This document shows, one piece after another, positions 27,078 through 37,429 of a stretch of DNA of 64,000 nucleotides. The notes below the pieces were generated by a model, which made no database searches, was not told the origin of the DNA, and saw only the letters and a program-made list of their open reading frames with translations. Origin of the DNA: Candidatus Levybacteria bacterium GW2011_GWA1_37_16. Its GTDB lineage: Bacteria > Patescibacteriota > Microgenomatia > Levybacterales > UBA12049. Each line of letters begins with the position of its first letter. The first letter of the stretch is position 1. Made by a program: the position numbers and the translations under genes. Location: NCBI GenBank assembly GCA_943357985.1, contig CALRGR010000004.1, positions 1,238 to 65,237 on the forward strand. Direction: 5' to 3'.

Positions 27078-27707
27078 TTATTTGGAAGATCGTTTGTGTC
27101 TTGTGTATTCAAAGAGCATGGGGATGAGGGAAACGAAAACTATTCCAATTACCGCAAATTCGAAATTTTCTTGTATAAAAGGTAGTCCGCCAAAGAAGTA
27201 TCCCGCGAATGTTAAGCTTGTAACCCAAATAAATGCTCCTATAACATTGTAGGCAAGGAAAGTGTTGTAATGCATTTGTCCAACTCCTGCTACGAAGGGT
27301 GCAAAAGTACGAATTATTGGCACAAACCTGGCAAGTATAATTGTTTTTTTGCCGTGATTTTCATAGAACGCCCTGGTTTTGTCAAGATATTTTTTATTAA
27401 ATAACCAAGAATCTTCTTTGGTAAAAACACGAGTTCCAAAGCGATGGCCCAGAAAGTAATTTACCGTATCTCCCACAATTGCAGCAATGAGAAGCGTAAG
27501 GTAAACTGCCCAAATGTTTAATAATTCTCTTCCGGCAAGAGTTCCGGCTATAAAAAGAAGGGAATCTCCTGGCAAAAAAGGTGTTACAACAAGACCGGTT
27601 TCTGCAAAAACTATTAGAAATAAAACAACGTAGGAAAATGAACCAAACATATTAATAATATTTTTGAGGTGTTCGTCAAAGTGAAGGATAAAACTAAATA
27701 ATTCCAT
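27078..27707 (-). CDS. DedA/SNARE-associated family membrane protein
   Basis: DedA signature around FAETGLVVTPFLPGDSLLF. Confidence 0.8.
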   Translation of the reverse strand: MELFSFILHFDEHLKNIINMFGSFSYVVLFLIVFAETGLVVTPFLPGDSLLFIAGTLAGRELLNIWAVYLTLLIAAIVGDTVNYFLGHRFGTRVFTKEDSWLFNKKYLDKTRAFYENHGKKTIILARFVPIIRTFAPFVAGVGQMHYNTFLAYNVIGAFIWVTSLTFAGYFFGGLPFIQENFEFAVIGIVFVSLIPMLFEYTRHKRSSK

Positions 27708-27749
27708 AAAATAATTATATCATAAAATTTCGTGTTATAATCTTCTGAA

Positions 27750-29330
27750 TTGAATAATAATCAACAATTTAAGCTTTCACCTCTTGCTCAAAAATTTATT
27801 GAAGTAATATCATATAAGCCTGAGCAGATTTACGGTAAGAAGATCTCCGTAGATTCTGTTGTTGCTGATGTTGCAAGCTTTTATGAAAAAATTAGAAACG
27901 CGATGGAATACCAGGAAGAAGAGGTGGTATTTCGTGTAGCAATTGAAAGAATTCTTAAAAGAAAACTTCTTCTTGGAAGTAATGGATTTAAAATAGCAGA
28001 GCCGTTGGTAAGAGAGCTTGCTTGGGCAAAATATTTCCCCGATAAAACTATTCCGGAAGCTCTAGTTGAGGAAGTAGCAAAAAAAATTAATTTATACATA
28101 AAGCTTTATGAAGAAGCTCCTAAGATATACGATTTAAATAAAAATATCTTGCACGAGTGGATAATAGATGTAATGTCTTCAGATATTGCTTTGACTATTA
28201 ACCCTAATAAGAATATTCAAATTGTTTCTAGTTTTATGTATCACGTCCTTGACGGGAAGATAAAGATTGTTGGTGATGAGCAGGAAGATAAAAATGCATT
28301 AATTTTTATAAATACTAGAAGAGCAGTAGCAAAAGAGGACAAGCCATTTCTTAGGTATCATCTTTTTTGTCAGTATTTTGGGAGTTTTGAGCAAAGTTCT
28401 TTTGATCAAGTTTTGGGAAATTTTTTAAAGGGATACAATAAAATAGAGCAGGCCTTTTACAATCCGTTAAACGAGCAGATTTATACCTATATTAGAAAGC
28501 GTTGCGTCCCTTTTATTATTCTAAAGAAAATGCTAGATGGATATAAAGATCAGACTATAACAATTCTTCAAGATCCGGAGCAATTAACTTCTATAGTCTC
28601 AAAGATATGTAGCGATTCCTATCAAGGTATTCACAAAAGAGTTAGAACGGCAATAGTTAGAAGTGTAATATTTCTTTTTGCAACTAAAGTTATTTTTGCG
28701 ATTTTGATAGAAGGAAGCATAGAAAGGCAGCTTTTTGGCCATGTTTCATGGGGATTTTTAAGTATAACTATTTTAACTCCGACATTTTTAATGTTTCTAT
28801 CTATATTTTTTATAAGCGTGCCGGATGAAAACAACACAAAAGTTATTCTAGATAAATTAAAGACAATTCTTTATGATCCGGAAATATCTGAAATTGAGGA
28901 AGTAAATTTTAGTACCCATACAAAAAAAGCTCCTTTTTTAAATACTGTATTTATAACGCTTTGGTTTTTTGTGTTTGGTGCAGGTATTTGGGGAATTGTG
29001 TCTGTTTTAAGCATCTTTAATGTTAATTTTATTAGCCAGATAGTATTTATATTATTTTTAATAATTGTTTCTTTTTTAATGTTTAGAATTAACCAATCTT
29101 CAAAAGTGTACAATGCTTATGAAGATAATAATGGCTTTTTATCGGTCTTATTTTATTTTGCATTCATGCCTTTTGTGCTCTTGGGAAAAAGACTTACTGT
29201 AAGTTTTTCAAAGATTAATATATTTTTACTTTTGTTTGACTTTATAATTGAAACTCCATTCAAAACTCTTTTCGGTTTTTTTGAGAAGTGGTTTACATTT
29301 ATGCGCTCCCAAAGAGAAAAACTAGGTTAA
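27750..29330 (+). CDS. large hypothetical protein: ~300-aa soluble N-domain plus multi-TM C-domain
   Basis: ORF only. Confidence 0.5.
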   Translation: MNNNQQFKLSPLAQKFIEVISYKPEQIYGKKISVDSVVADVASFYEKIRNAMEYQEEEVVFRVAIERILKRKLLLGSNGFKIAEPLVRELAWAKYFPDKTIPEALVEEVAKKINLYIKLYEEAPKIYDLNKNILHEWIIDVMSSDIALTINPNKNIQIVSSFMYHVLDGKIKIVGDEQEDKNALIFINTRRAVAKEDKPFLRYHLFCQYFGSFEQSSFDQVLGNFLKGYNKIEQAFYNPLNEQIYTYIRKRCVPFIILKKMLDGYKDQTITILQDPEQLTSIVSKICSDSYQGIHKRVRTAIVRSVIFLFATKVIFAILIEGSIERQLFGHVSWGFLSITILTPTFLMFLSIFFISVPDENNTKVILDKLKTILYDPEISEIEEVNFSTHTKKAPFLNTVFITLWFFVFGAGIWGIVSVLSIFNVNFISQIVFILFLIIVSFLMFRINQSSKVYNAYEDNNGFLSVLFYFAFMPFVLLGKRLTVSFSKINIFLLLFDFIIETPFKTLFGFFEKWFTFMRSQREKLG

Positions 29331-29415
29331 TTTAATACTTCTTATGTAATTATCTTAATGAGTCTGAGTGTTGGGGTGGATTGGGAGGAATTAATCCTCA
29401 GCGTATGACTTTATG

Positions 29416-30438
29416 TTACTTGGTAATATCTTTTATTTCTTCGTTTTTAATATTGAGAAAATAGTGGCCGAATTTGCGAGTCATAATTGCGCTTATTCCC
29501 AAAACCGGAATTGCCAAAAGCGCGCCAAGTGCTCCTGCAAATTGCATACCAACTAAAAATGAAATTAATATAATTGCGGGATGTATCTTAAAAGCTCTGC
29601 CCAAAAGTCTTGGTCCAATTATATTAAAAGTTATTTGTTGAGCAATAATTAGTATTGCGGCAATAATTAAGGCTTTTGTAGGATCTACTAAAAAAGCTAC
29701 CAAAACTGGTGGGATAACGGCTATAAACGGCCCAATTAAAGGAATAAAGGCAAAGCTACCAGCTATAAAAGCTATTGAAGCTGCAAATTCTATATTTAAA
29801 GCTCTTAAAACTATCCAGGTTAATATTCCAGAAGAGATTCCATAAAAAAGTTGAACTCTAAGAAAAGAGACAAATATTTCATTGATTGATTTTTGCGTAA
29901 AACGTAAAAAACCGTGCCAAGTTTTGGGCATAAGGTTAAAAAACTCTTGATTAATCTTTTCCCGGTCTACTATAAAATAAAAAGATAGAATAAGTGTGAT
30001 AAAAGCCGATAGTAAGAATGAAGCAAAGGAAGGTATTAAAATTACAGAATTGCTGATTTGCTCTGTAATTGATTTGACTAGGTTTGCTACAACAGGAGGT
30101 GCAGACCGCAAGTATTGGGGAAGGGTATTTATGATCGTTAGTATCTGAGATGTTACCAGTGGAAGATAAATAATGCTTATTACTACCAAAAGAGCGAAGA
30201 AAAGAATATAGGTAATGGTAGTGGCGATAAGTTTTGAAATATTCAGTTTTTGTAGTCTTTCTACTATTGGATCTAGGATAAAACTTAGAAGCCAAGCGGA
30301 TAAAAGCATAACAAATAGATCCAAAAATTTACTTAACATAGCCCATGCAAGAGATAAAACATAACTACCCGTAGCTATAATAAGCAGGATAATAAGGATT
30401 CTAACTAAAGTGTAGTTTTTTCTAATTTCTTCAAACAT
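29416..30438 (-). CDS. AI-2E family (PerM/TqsA-like) transporter
   Basis: ~340 aa, 8 predicted TM, topology and size typical of the family. Confidence 0.55.
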   Translation of the reverse strand: MFEEIRKNYTLVRILIILLIIATGSYVLSLAWAMLSKFLDLFVMLLSAWLLSFILDPIVERLQKLNISKLIATTITYILFFALLVVISIIYLPLVTSQILTIINTLPQYLRSAPPVVANLVKSITEQISNSVILIPSFASFLLSAFITLILSFYFIVDREKINQEFFNLMPKTWHGFLRFTQKSINEIFVSFLRVQLFYGISSGILTWIVLRALNIEFAASIAFIAGSFAFIPLIGPFIAVIPPVLVAFLVDPTKALIIAAILIIAQQITFNIIGPRLLGRAFKIHPAIILISFLVGMQFAGALGALLAIPVLGISAIMTRKFGHYFLNIKNEEIKDITK

Positions 30439-30505
30439 TTAACTATATTTAGTCTATCACAAATTAAAATATAGATACTAATCTAAATTTGCTATAATTA
30501 ACACC

Positions 30506-31468
30506 ATGAATTTGAGTGTTGGAATCGTGGGTCTTCCGAATGTGGGGAAGTCGACGTTGTTTAATGCGCTTTTGAAAAAGCAGCAAGCTTTGGCTGCGAA
30601 TTATCCTTTTGCCACAATTGAGCCAAATGTAGGAATAGTTCCTGTTCCGGACGAAAGATTACTAAAACTCGCCGAAATAACTCGTGATGAAGAAAAGATG
30701 TCTGCGCTTCCTCCAATAAAACCGGCAACAGTTGAATTTGTTGACATCGCGGGTTTGGTTAAAGGAGCAAGTGAAGGAGAAGGATTGGGAAATAAGTTTT
30801 TATCTCATATTCGAGAAGTTAAAATTATTGCTCATGTAGTTAGGGTATTTGAGGATGAAAATGTTATCAAAGAGGGAAGCGTTGACGCCAAAAGTGATTA
30901 TGAAACAATTAGAATAGAGCTTGAGCTTTCTGATCTTGAAAAAAAAGGTGAGCCATTGGCAGAAAAACCCGAGATTATAGTTTTAAATGTTTCGGAAAGT
31001 GATTACACAAAAGATAAAATTCCTGAAATCCTTCAAAATTATGCAAACGTTTTAGGGGTTCAACCCCTAAAGCTGGTTGTAATATCAGCCCAAATAGAAA
31101 GTGAACTGGCAGGTTTAACAGAAGATGAGCAAAAAGAATATTTGAAAGATTTGGGACTGGAATATTCTGGTCTCGAGCGATTAATTCAAAAAGCTTATCA
31201 AGAGCTCGGTTTAATCTCGTTTTTAACCTCGGGAGAGAAAGAGGTGCGGGCATGGACTGTTAAACGCGGTTCTACGTCTGTTGAAGCAGCAGGGGAGATA
31301 CATACGGATTTCATGAAGAAATTTATAAAAGCAGAAGTAATTTCATTTGAAGATTTTGTTTCGTGTGGCGGTTGGAAGAAAGCTAGGGAATTAGGAAAAG
31401 CAAGATTAGAAGGCCGCGATTATGTAGTAAGAGACGGGGATGTAATGGAATTTAAAATCGGTTCCTAG
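30506..31468 (+). CDS. ychF: ribosome-binding ATPase YchF
   Basis: GLPNVGKSTLFNAL, NYPFATIEPN, C-terminal TGS domain. Confidence 0.85.
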   Translation: MNLSVGIVGLPNVGKSTLFNALLKKQQALAANYPFATIEPNVGIVPVPDERLLKLAEITRDEEKMSALPPIKPATVEFVDIAGLVKGASEGEGLGNKFLSHIREVKIIAHVVRVFEDENVIKEGSVDAKSDYETIRIELELSDLEKKGEPLAEKPEIIVLNVSESDYTKDKIPEILQNYANVLGVQPLKLVVISAQIESELAGLTEDEQKEYLKDLGLEYSGLERLIQKAYQELGLISFLTSGEKEVRAWTVKRGSTSVEAAGEIHTDFMKKFIKAEVISFEDFVSCGGWKKARELGKARLEGRDYVVRDGDVMEFKIGS

Positions 31469-31521
31469 AAGGAATTCGTGCTTGCAACCCTTTTATCTGT
31501 ATGGTAAGATTAAGCTCAATT

Positions 31522-31797
31522 ATGAGAAATTATGAATTAGTTTTGGTTTTAAGACCATCTCTTAAAGAAGCAGACAGAAAAAAGATTGTTGATACCATAA
31601 AAGGGTGGATTGGTGTGCTTAAAATTACAAAAGAAGATGATATGGGAACAAAAGTTCTTTCATACCCAATTAAAAAAGAGTCTTCGGCTGTTTATTTGAG
31701 TCTTCAATTGGAAGGCGAAAATGTTCCTTTGGACCTTGAAAAGAGGATCATGGCAAATGATAATATAATTAGGCACTTACTTTTGAGAACTAAATAA
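31522..31797 (+). CDS. rpsF: 30S ribosomal protein S6
   Basis: MRNYELVLVLRP S6 N-terminus; rpsF-ssb-rpsR order. Confidence 0.85.
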   Translation: MRNYELVLVLRPSLKEADRKKIVDTIKGWIGVLKITKEDDMGTKVLSYPIKKESSAVYLSLQLEGENVPLDLEKRIMANDNIIRHLLLRTK

Positions 31798-32315
31798 TGG
31801 CAAGAAGTTTAAATAGAGCACAATTAATAGGAAATTTAACACGCGACCCAGAGCTTAGATATACTCCAAACGGAACGGCTGTTTGTTCTTTTGGGCTTGC
31901 AACTAACAGAAATTGGACATCAGATACTGGTGAAAAACATGATGAGGCAGAATTCCATAAAATAGTTGCTTGGAATAAGCTTGCAGAGCTTTGCTCTCAG
32001 TTCTTAGTTAAAGGAAGAAAAGTTTTTGTTGAAGGAAGACTTGCTACTAGAAGCTGGCAGGCACAAGACGGAACTCAAAGGACTTCAACGGAAGTTGTAA
32101 TATCTGACATGATTCTTTTAGACAGCAAAAGACCAGAGGAAGATAAAATGGAGAGTTCGCCTGAACCAACAGATGGAGAGGTAGAAAAAAAACCCAAAAA
32201 GGTTTCTAAAAAGGTCGAAGATGCTGAGCAAAGTCGAAGTAAAGATGATAAGGAGGAGGAAGTAGCACCCGTAGTGAAAGAAGAAGAAGTTGCCCCGGAT
32301 GATATTCCATTTTAA
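31797..32315 (+). CDS. ssb: single-stranded DNA-binding protein
   Basis: OB-fold SSB sequence with acidic C-terminal DDIPF tail. Confidence 0.9.
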   Translation: MARSLNRAQLIGNLTRDPELRYTPNGTAVCSFGLATNRNWTSDTGEKHDEAEFHKIVAWNKLAELCSQFLVKGRKVFVEGRLATRSWQAQDGTQRTSTEVVISDMILLDSKRPEEDKMESSPEPTDGEVEKKPKKVSKKVEDAEQSRSKDDKEEEVAPVVKEEEVAPDDIPF

Positions 32316-32330
32316 TTTTATTTAAAATAT

Positions 32331-32567
32331 ATGCCAAAAGAAAATAGAAGACCTATGAAAGTTGTTAAGAAATGTCAGTTTTGTAAAGACAAAACGCTGC
32401 CTGCATTTAAGGATACTGCGGTTCTTAAAAGATATCTGACAGAAAGAGGAAAGATATTGCCAAGACTTAGAAGCGGAGTTTGTGCAAAACACCAAAGAAG
32501 ACTTGCACAAAGCATTAAACATGCAAGACATTTGGCGCTTTTGCCTTTTGTTTCAAGGGAAAGCTAG
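32331..32567 (+). CDS. rpsR: 30S ribosomal protein S18
   Basis: CQFC and typical S18 sequence. Confidence 0.9.
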   Translation: MPKENRRPMKVVKKCQFCKDKTLPAFKDTAVLKRYLTERGKILPRLRSGVCAKHQRRLAQSIKHARHLALLPFVSRES

Positions 32568-32608
32568 CTGGTTCCTTATGGTAGTGGATAAGTATAAGGT
32601 ATCCTCTT

Positions 32609-33880
32609 ATGAATAAAAGAATACAAAGATTAAGAATAGCGCTCGTAATCCTTATATCTCTTTTGGTCGGTTATTACTTTGGAGTAAATAAAGTAACTTT
32701 TGATTGGAAAAATTATAATCCCCAAATTGCTGTTGTAAATAAAGAACCACCGGTAGAGCTTACGGCTGTCGATTTTGCCCAATTTTGGACAGTCTGGTCA
32801 AAAATACAGAAAACTTACTATGATAAAACAAAGGTTGATCCACAAAAAATGCTTGATGGAGCAATAAGTGGTATGGTGCAAAGCCTTGGGGATCCTTATA
32901 CTCTTTATCTTCCACCCGTACAAAATGGTGATTTTAAAGATGGATTGGCCGGACAATTTCAGGGAATTGGAGCACGGTTGATGATGTTTAATAACCAAAT
33001 AACTGTTGAAGTTCCACTTGTAGGAAGTCCAGCCGAAAAAGCAGGAATAAAAGCACAGGATACGATTGTTAAAGTTGATGGCAAAAGTACGGCAGGCTGG
33101 GATTTAAATAAAGCTGTGAGTGTTATAAGAGGGCCTAAGGGTACGGACGTTGTATTAACAATTTTACAAAAAGGCGCAGCCAGTACAAAAGATATTAAAG
33201 TTACAAGAGATGTAATAACTATTAAAAGCGTAGATGGCTGGGTAAAGCAAGTAAGGAATGTAGATAAAATTAAGACGACAGATGTTTTTAAAAATCATCA
33301 AAGTGACGCAGTCGCATACATAAGGCTTTCCCAGTTTGGAGATGATACAAATAAAGATTGGGTAGCTTTGGTTACAAAGCTTATGACAGATATAAACAAA
33401 GAGAAAAGTTTCAAGGGAATAATTCTGGATCTTAGAAATAATCCGGGAGGATATTTGTCAGATGCGACATTTATTGCCTCGGAATTTTTAAGCGAAGGGA
33501 CATCTGTGGTAATCCAGGATTCAGGAACCGATAAGCAGACCCTAGCCGCTTCAAGAAAGGGAATGTTTCTAGATACACCATTGGTGATTCTTATAAATAA
33601 AGGATCTGCGTCTGCATCGGAAATTGTTTCGGGAGCTATGCAGGATTATGATAGGGCAAAACTTGTAGGTGAAATTTCTTTTGGCAAAGGAACAATTCAG
33701 CAAGCAGAAGATTTGGGAGACGGAGCAGGCCTTCACATAACAGTTGCAAAATGGCTTACTCCAAAAGAGCGCTGGATCCACGGAACAGGACTTACGCCTG
33801 ATGTTTCTGTACTTTTAGATGCAAAGGATCCTACCCGGGATACTCAACTTGAAAAAGCTATAGAAGAGTTAGTAAAATAA
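32609..33880 (+). CDS. C-terminal processing (S41 family) protease with PDZ domain
   Basis: PDZ segment and GSASASEI catalytic region. Confidence 0.8.
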   Translation: MNKRIQRLRIALVILISLLVGYYFGVNKVTFDWKNYNPQIAVVNKEPPVELTAVDFAQFWTVWSKIQKTYYDKTKVDPQKMLDGAISGMVQSLGDPYTLYLPPVQNGDFKDGLAGQFQGIGARLMMFNNQITVEVPLVGSPAEKAGIKAQDTIVKVDGKSTAGWDLNKAVSVIRGPKGTDVVLTILQKGAASTKDIKVTRDVITIKSVDGWVKQVRNVDKIKTTDVFKNHQSDAVAYIRLSQFGDDTNKDWVALVTKLMTDINKEKSFKGIILDLRNNPGGYLSDATFIASEFLSEGTSVVIQDSGTDKQTLAASRKGMFLDTPLVILINKGSASASEIVSGAMQDYDRAKLVGEISFGKGTIQQAEDLGDGAGLHITVAKWLTPKERWIHGTGLTPDVSVLLDAKDPTRDTQLEKAIEELVK

Positions 33881-33887
33881 ATCCTCA

Positions 33888-34838
33888 ATGATACAACGCG
33901 ACATTCTGCTTAAGGAGCATACGAGTTTTAGGATAGGTGGTAATGCCCGTTATTTTCTAAGAGCTGCGGATATAGAAGAATTAAAAAAGGGATTAAAAGA
34001 ATGGAAAGAGCTTTCTGCATCTTTTTCTGACGATGAAAAAAGGATATTTGTTTTGGGTGGGGGAACTAATCTTTTAGTTTCGGAAAATGGATTTCCGGGT
34101 CTCGTAATTCATCCGGAAATAAAATTTATAGAAAGAAGTAACTCAGGAGCTAAAGTAGGCGCGGGAGATGCAGTCAGTTCTTTTGTCAATTTCTGTTTGG
34201 AAAATTCTCTTTCCGGATTTGAGTGGGCGGGAGGACTTCCTGGAACTATTGGAGGCGCAATAAGAGGTAATGCGGGCGCATTTGGAGGGGAAACAAAAGA
34301 CAGTATCATTGAAGTTGAAAGTCTTGATATAGACTCGCTTAAAACAAAAAGAAGAAATGCGGCGCAGTGTAAATTTGGCTATAGAGACAGCGTTTTTAAG
34401 AGTGGGGAAGGATTAAATGAAATAATAATATCCGCTCAATTTTCTGTTGAAACAGGCGATACGGACACTGTAAGAGCCGAAACGGACGATCATATTGAAT
34501 ACAGAAAAGATAGACACCCTTTGCATTTACCAAATGCCGGAAGTATTTTTAAGAATGTTGCAGTTGAAAAAATAAGGGCTGATGTTTTAAAGCAGTTTGA
34601 GGGACATATTAAAAATGATCCATTTCCTGTTTTGCCTGCAGCAAAAATAATTGCGCAGTCGGGTATTGTCGGGCACAAAATAGGAGGCGCTCAGGTTTCC
34701 GAAACCCATCCAAATTTTATAGTAAGCGTGGAAGAGGCGACAGCTCAGGATGTGAAAGATTTGATTGTATTTGAACAACAGGAAATAAAAGAAAAATATA
34801 ATATTGATCTTGAGCCAGAAATAATGTTTGTTGAATAG
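33888..34838 (+). CDS. murB: UDP-N-acetylenolpyruvoylglucosamine reductase
   Basis: FAD-binding MurB N-terminus (HTSFRIGGNA, GGGTNLL) and MurB C-terminal domain. Confidence 0.85.
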   Translation: MIQRDILLKEHTSFRIGGNARYFLRAADIEELKKGLKEWKELSASFSDDEKRIFVLGGGTNLLVSENGFPGLVIHPEIKFIERSNSGAKVGAGDAVSSFVNFCLENSLSGFEWAGGLPGTIGGAIRGNAGAFGGETKDSIIEVESLDIDSLKTKRRNAAQCKFGYRDSVFKSGEGLNEIIISAQFSVETGDTDTVRAETDDHIEYRKDRHPLHLPNAGSIFKNVAVEKIRADVLKQFEGHIKNDPFPVLPAAKIIAQSGIVGHKIGGAQVSETHPNFIVSVEEATAQDVKDLIVFEQQEIKEKYNIDLEPEIMFVE

Positions 34839-34996
34839 TCCACGTTTAGCGCTTAGGTCGTCTACGAAAATTTTATCGTTATCAATTGTACTGTCATAGA
34901 TTTTCAATGGGACAAGAATGAGCACCGCTTACGCTATTCAAAAATTTTGTAGACTCCTCGCGCCTTAACTATACGCTATTTTTTATTTTCTATACG

Positions 34997-35710
34997 CTAC
35001 TTTATGGAGTCGTAGCCGGGGAAGAAGTCTAATTTAATTCTGTCTTCCGGTAATCCCATTTCTTTAAGAGTTTTTTCAAAAGCTTCGGTCATTACTTCTG
35101 GTCCGGAGACATACACCATCGATTCGTTTGTAATTTCATCAATTGCTTCTTGGATGTCTTCTTTTTCAATATGTTTTGGGCTTACGAAGTATTTTATTTT
35201 GAAGGTTGGATGTGTTACAGCTAATGTTTCGAGTTCTTCTTTGAAAACAAAATTATTGTCATGATTTGCGTAGAGAAGGGTAACATTTATTGGTAAATTT
35301 TTGTGGTCTAAGTCGAGCAGTATGCTTCTATATGGCGTAATTCCAATTCCGCCTGCAATGAAAATAAGTTTTTTGCCCGGGTCGCCCGCCTTGCTGCGAG
35401 GCAGGTCTACGGTGAAATCTCCGTCCGTGTCGGTTACTTCAAGCTCCATTCCAATGGGGGAGGAGAAAAGTTTTTGTTTAAAACTACTTGGGTGTTTGTC
35501 TGCAAGCTTTGTTGTTAGCATAATATGTTCTTCAAAAGGTGCCGAGGATACGGTGAAATAACGGGTTACGCCACGCTGATCCGGATTATTGTGGGGGAAT
35601 GTATAGAATAGAAACTGTCCTGCAACCCATTTTACAGGAGTTGGGCTTTTGAAAATAAAAGATGTTACGCTTTGCGTTTCCCTCTTTTTTTCTACTAGCT
35701 CAATTTTCAT
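34997..35710 (-). CDS. ferredoxin-NADP reductase-like FAD/NAD-binding oxidoreductase
   Basis: RYFTVSS (RxYS FAD motif) and GGIGITP NAD-binding motif. Confidence 0.7.
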   Translation of the reverse strand: MKIELVEKKRETQSVTSFIFKSPTPVKWVAGQFLFYTFPHNNPDQRGVTRYFTVSSAPFEEHIMLTTKLADKHPSSFKQKLFSSPIGMELEVTDTDGDFTVDLPRSKAGDPGKKLIFIAGGIGITPYRSILLDLDHKNLPINVTLLYANHDNNFVFKEELETLAVTHPTFKIKYFVSPKHIEKEDIQEAIDEITNESMVYVSGPEVMTEAFEKTLKEMGLPEDRIKLDFFPGYDSIK

Positions 35711-35738
35711 ATTTCTAATATACTATAGATTATACTTC

Positions 35739-37418
35739 ATGGGAGAAATATTTTTTGAAATAACAATTATTGTTTGTTTGGCAGCTTTTTTTTCTTTTAT
35801 TTTCCGTTTTTTTAGGCAGCCGCCCATTTTAGCTTATATTTTAACTGGTATTGTTTTGGGACCTCTTGGACTTCTTAATCTTCAAGGACAAGAGGTATTA
35901 GTTTCGCTGGCTGAAATAGGAATTACTCTTCTTCTTTTTATGCTTGGATTGGAACTTAAATTTTCAGAGCTAAAATCTGTAGGTAAAGCCTCAGTTATTA
36001 TTGGCCTAGTCCAGATAATTTTTACCTCCTTAGTAGGATATTTTATTTGTATTGTATTGGGTTTTTCTCAGATAACATCTGTTTACGTAGGCGTGGCTCT
36101 TACTTTTTCAAGTACCATAATTATCGTAAAGCTTCTTTCAGACAAGAAAGACCTCAATAGTCTTTATGGAAAGATATCCATTGGTTTTCTTCTTGTCCAG
36201 GATTTTATAGCAATAATTGCCCTTATTTTTCTGTCTGGATTTTCATCAGGGGAGTCTGTGTCTTATGTAACTTTTATTATATTAATTTTGAAAGCAACAG
36301 CTTTGTTTGTCGCTGTAATACTTGCTAGCAAGTATTTAGTGCCAGGAATGGTAAATAGAATTGCGCATAGCCATGAGACTCTTTTTCTTTTTAGTATTGC
36401 ATGGGCATTCGGAATTTCTGCGCTTGTAAGCTCATCTTTCATAGGATTTTCTATAGAAATTGGTGGATTCTTAGCAGGACTTTCTCTTGCCAATTCTATT
36501 GAAAGCAGTCAGATTGCAACAAAAATAAGACCTCTAAGAGATTTTTTTATAACCATCTTTTTTGTGACACTTGGAATGAGAATGTTAATTTCCAATTTCT
36601 CGCCTATACTTATTCCTGGAATAATTCTTTCAAGCTTTATCCTCATAGGAAATCCTTTGATTGTTATGGTTATTATGGGAGTTTTGGGCTATAGGAAAAG
36701 AACAGGACTTTTAACAGGGCTTACTGTTGCACAAATTTCTGAATTCTCTCTAATTGTCATATATATGGGAAATAGGATTGGCCACGTTTCGGATGATGTG
36801 GTCTCTTTAGTTACTTTTGTTGGAGCGATAACCTTTGTAGTATCAACCTATATGATTATTAATGGAAACCGTCTTTATAGAGTGTTGTCTCCATACCTTG
36901 GATTATTTGAAAGGAATAAAATAAAAGAAAAAAGAATGAGTGTACAGCCTTTTGAAGACCATGCGGTATTAATTGGCGCAAGAAGAACGGGGGGGCAAAT
37001 TCTAGAAGCGCTACTTAAAGACGAAAATAGAAAAATAGTAGTGGTAGATTTTGATCCTTACATTGTAGAAGATTTACAGGAAGACAAGATAACAACTTTA
37101 TATGGAGACATATCAGACCCAGAGATTCAGGAATTAGCAGGCATTGCTAAGGCAAAACTTATAATCTCAACAGTGTCAGACATGGAAGATAATATTCTTC
37201 TTTTGAAAGCAATTAAGAATTTAAAGAAAAAACCAAAAGTTATTTTGCTTGCTTTAGAAAAGCATGAAGCAGTGGAACTTTATAAAGAGGGAGCAGATTA
37301 CGTTATTCTTCCTCACATTGCAGGGGGGCACCATATTGCGAAAATACTTTTAGATAAAGATTATATGAAGCTTATAGAGAGGTATAAAGAAAAAGAGATG
37401 CCTCTTTTATTTGATTAG
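35739..37418 (+). CDS. CPA2 (Kef-type) cation/proton antiporter with C-terminal RCK/TrkA-N domain
   Basis: 12-TM Na/H exchanger fold plus Rossmann GARRTGG; start moved to ATG 35739 to avoid overlapping the convergent gene. Confidence 0.8.
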   Translation: MGEIFFEITIIVCLAAFFSFIFRFFRQPPILAYILTGIVLGPLGLLNLQGQEVLVSLAEIGITLLLFMLGLELKFSELKSVGKASVIIGLVQIIFTSLVGYFICIVLGFSQITSVYVGVALTFSSTIIIVKLLSDKKDLNSLYGKISIGFLLVQDFIAIIALIFLSGFSSGESVSYVTFIILILKATALFVAVILASKYLVPGMVNRIAHSHETLFLFSIAWAFGISALVSSSFIGFSIEIGGFLAGLSLANSIESSQIATKIRPLRDFFITIFFVTLGMRMLISNFSPILIPGIILSSFILIGNPLIVMVIMGVLGYRKRTGLLTGLTVAQISEFSLIVIYMGNRIGHVSDDVVSLVTFVGAITFVVSTYMIINGNRLYRVLSPYLGLFERNKIKEKRMSVQPFEDHAVLIGARRTGGQILEALLKDENRKIVVVDFDPYIVEDLQEDKITTLYGDISDPEIQELAGIAKAKLIISTVSDMEDNILLLKAIKNLKKKPKVILLALEKHEAVELYKEGADYVILPHIAGGHHIAKILLDKDYMKLIERYKEKEMPLLFD

Positions 37419-37429
37419 TTCTAAATATA

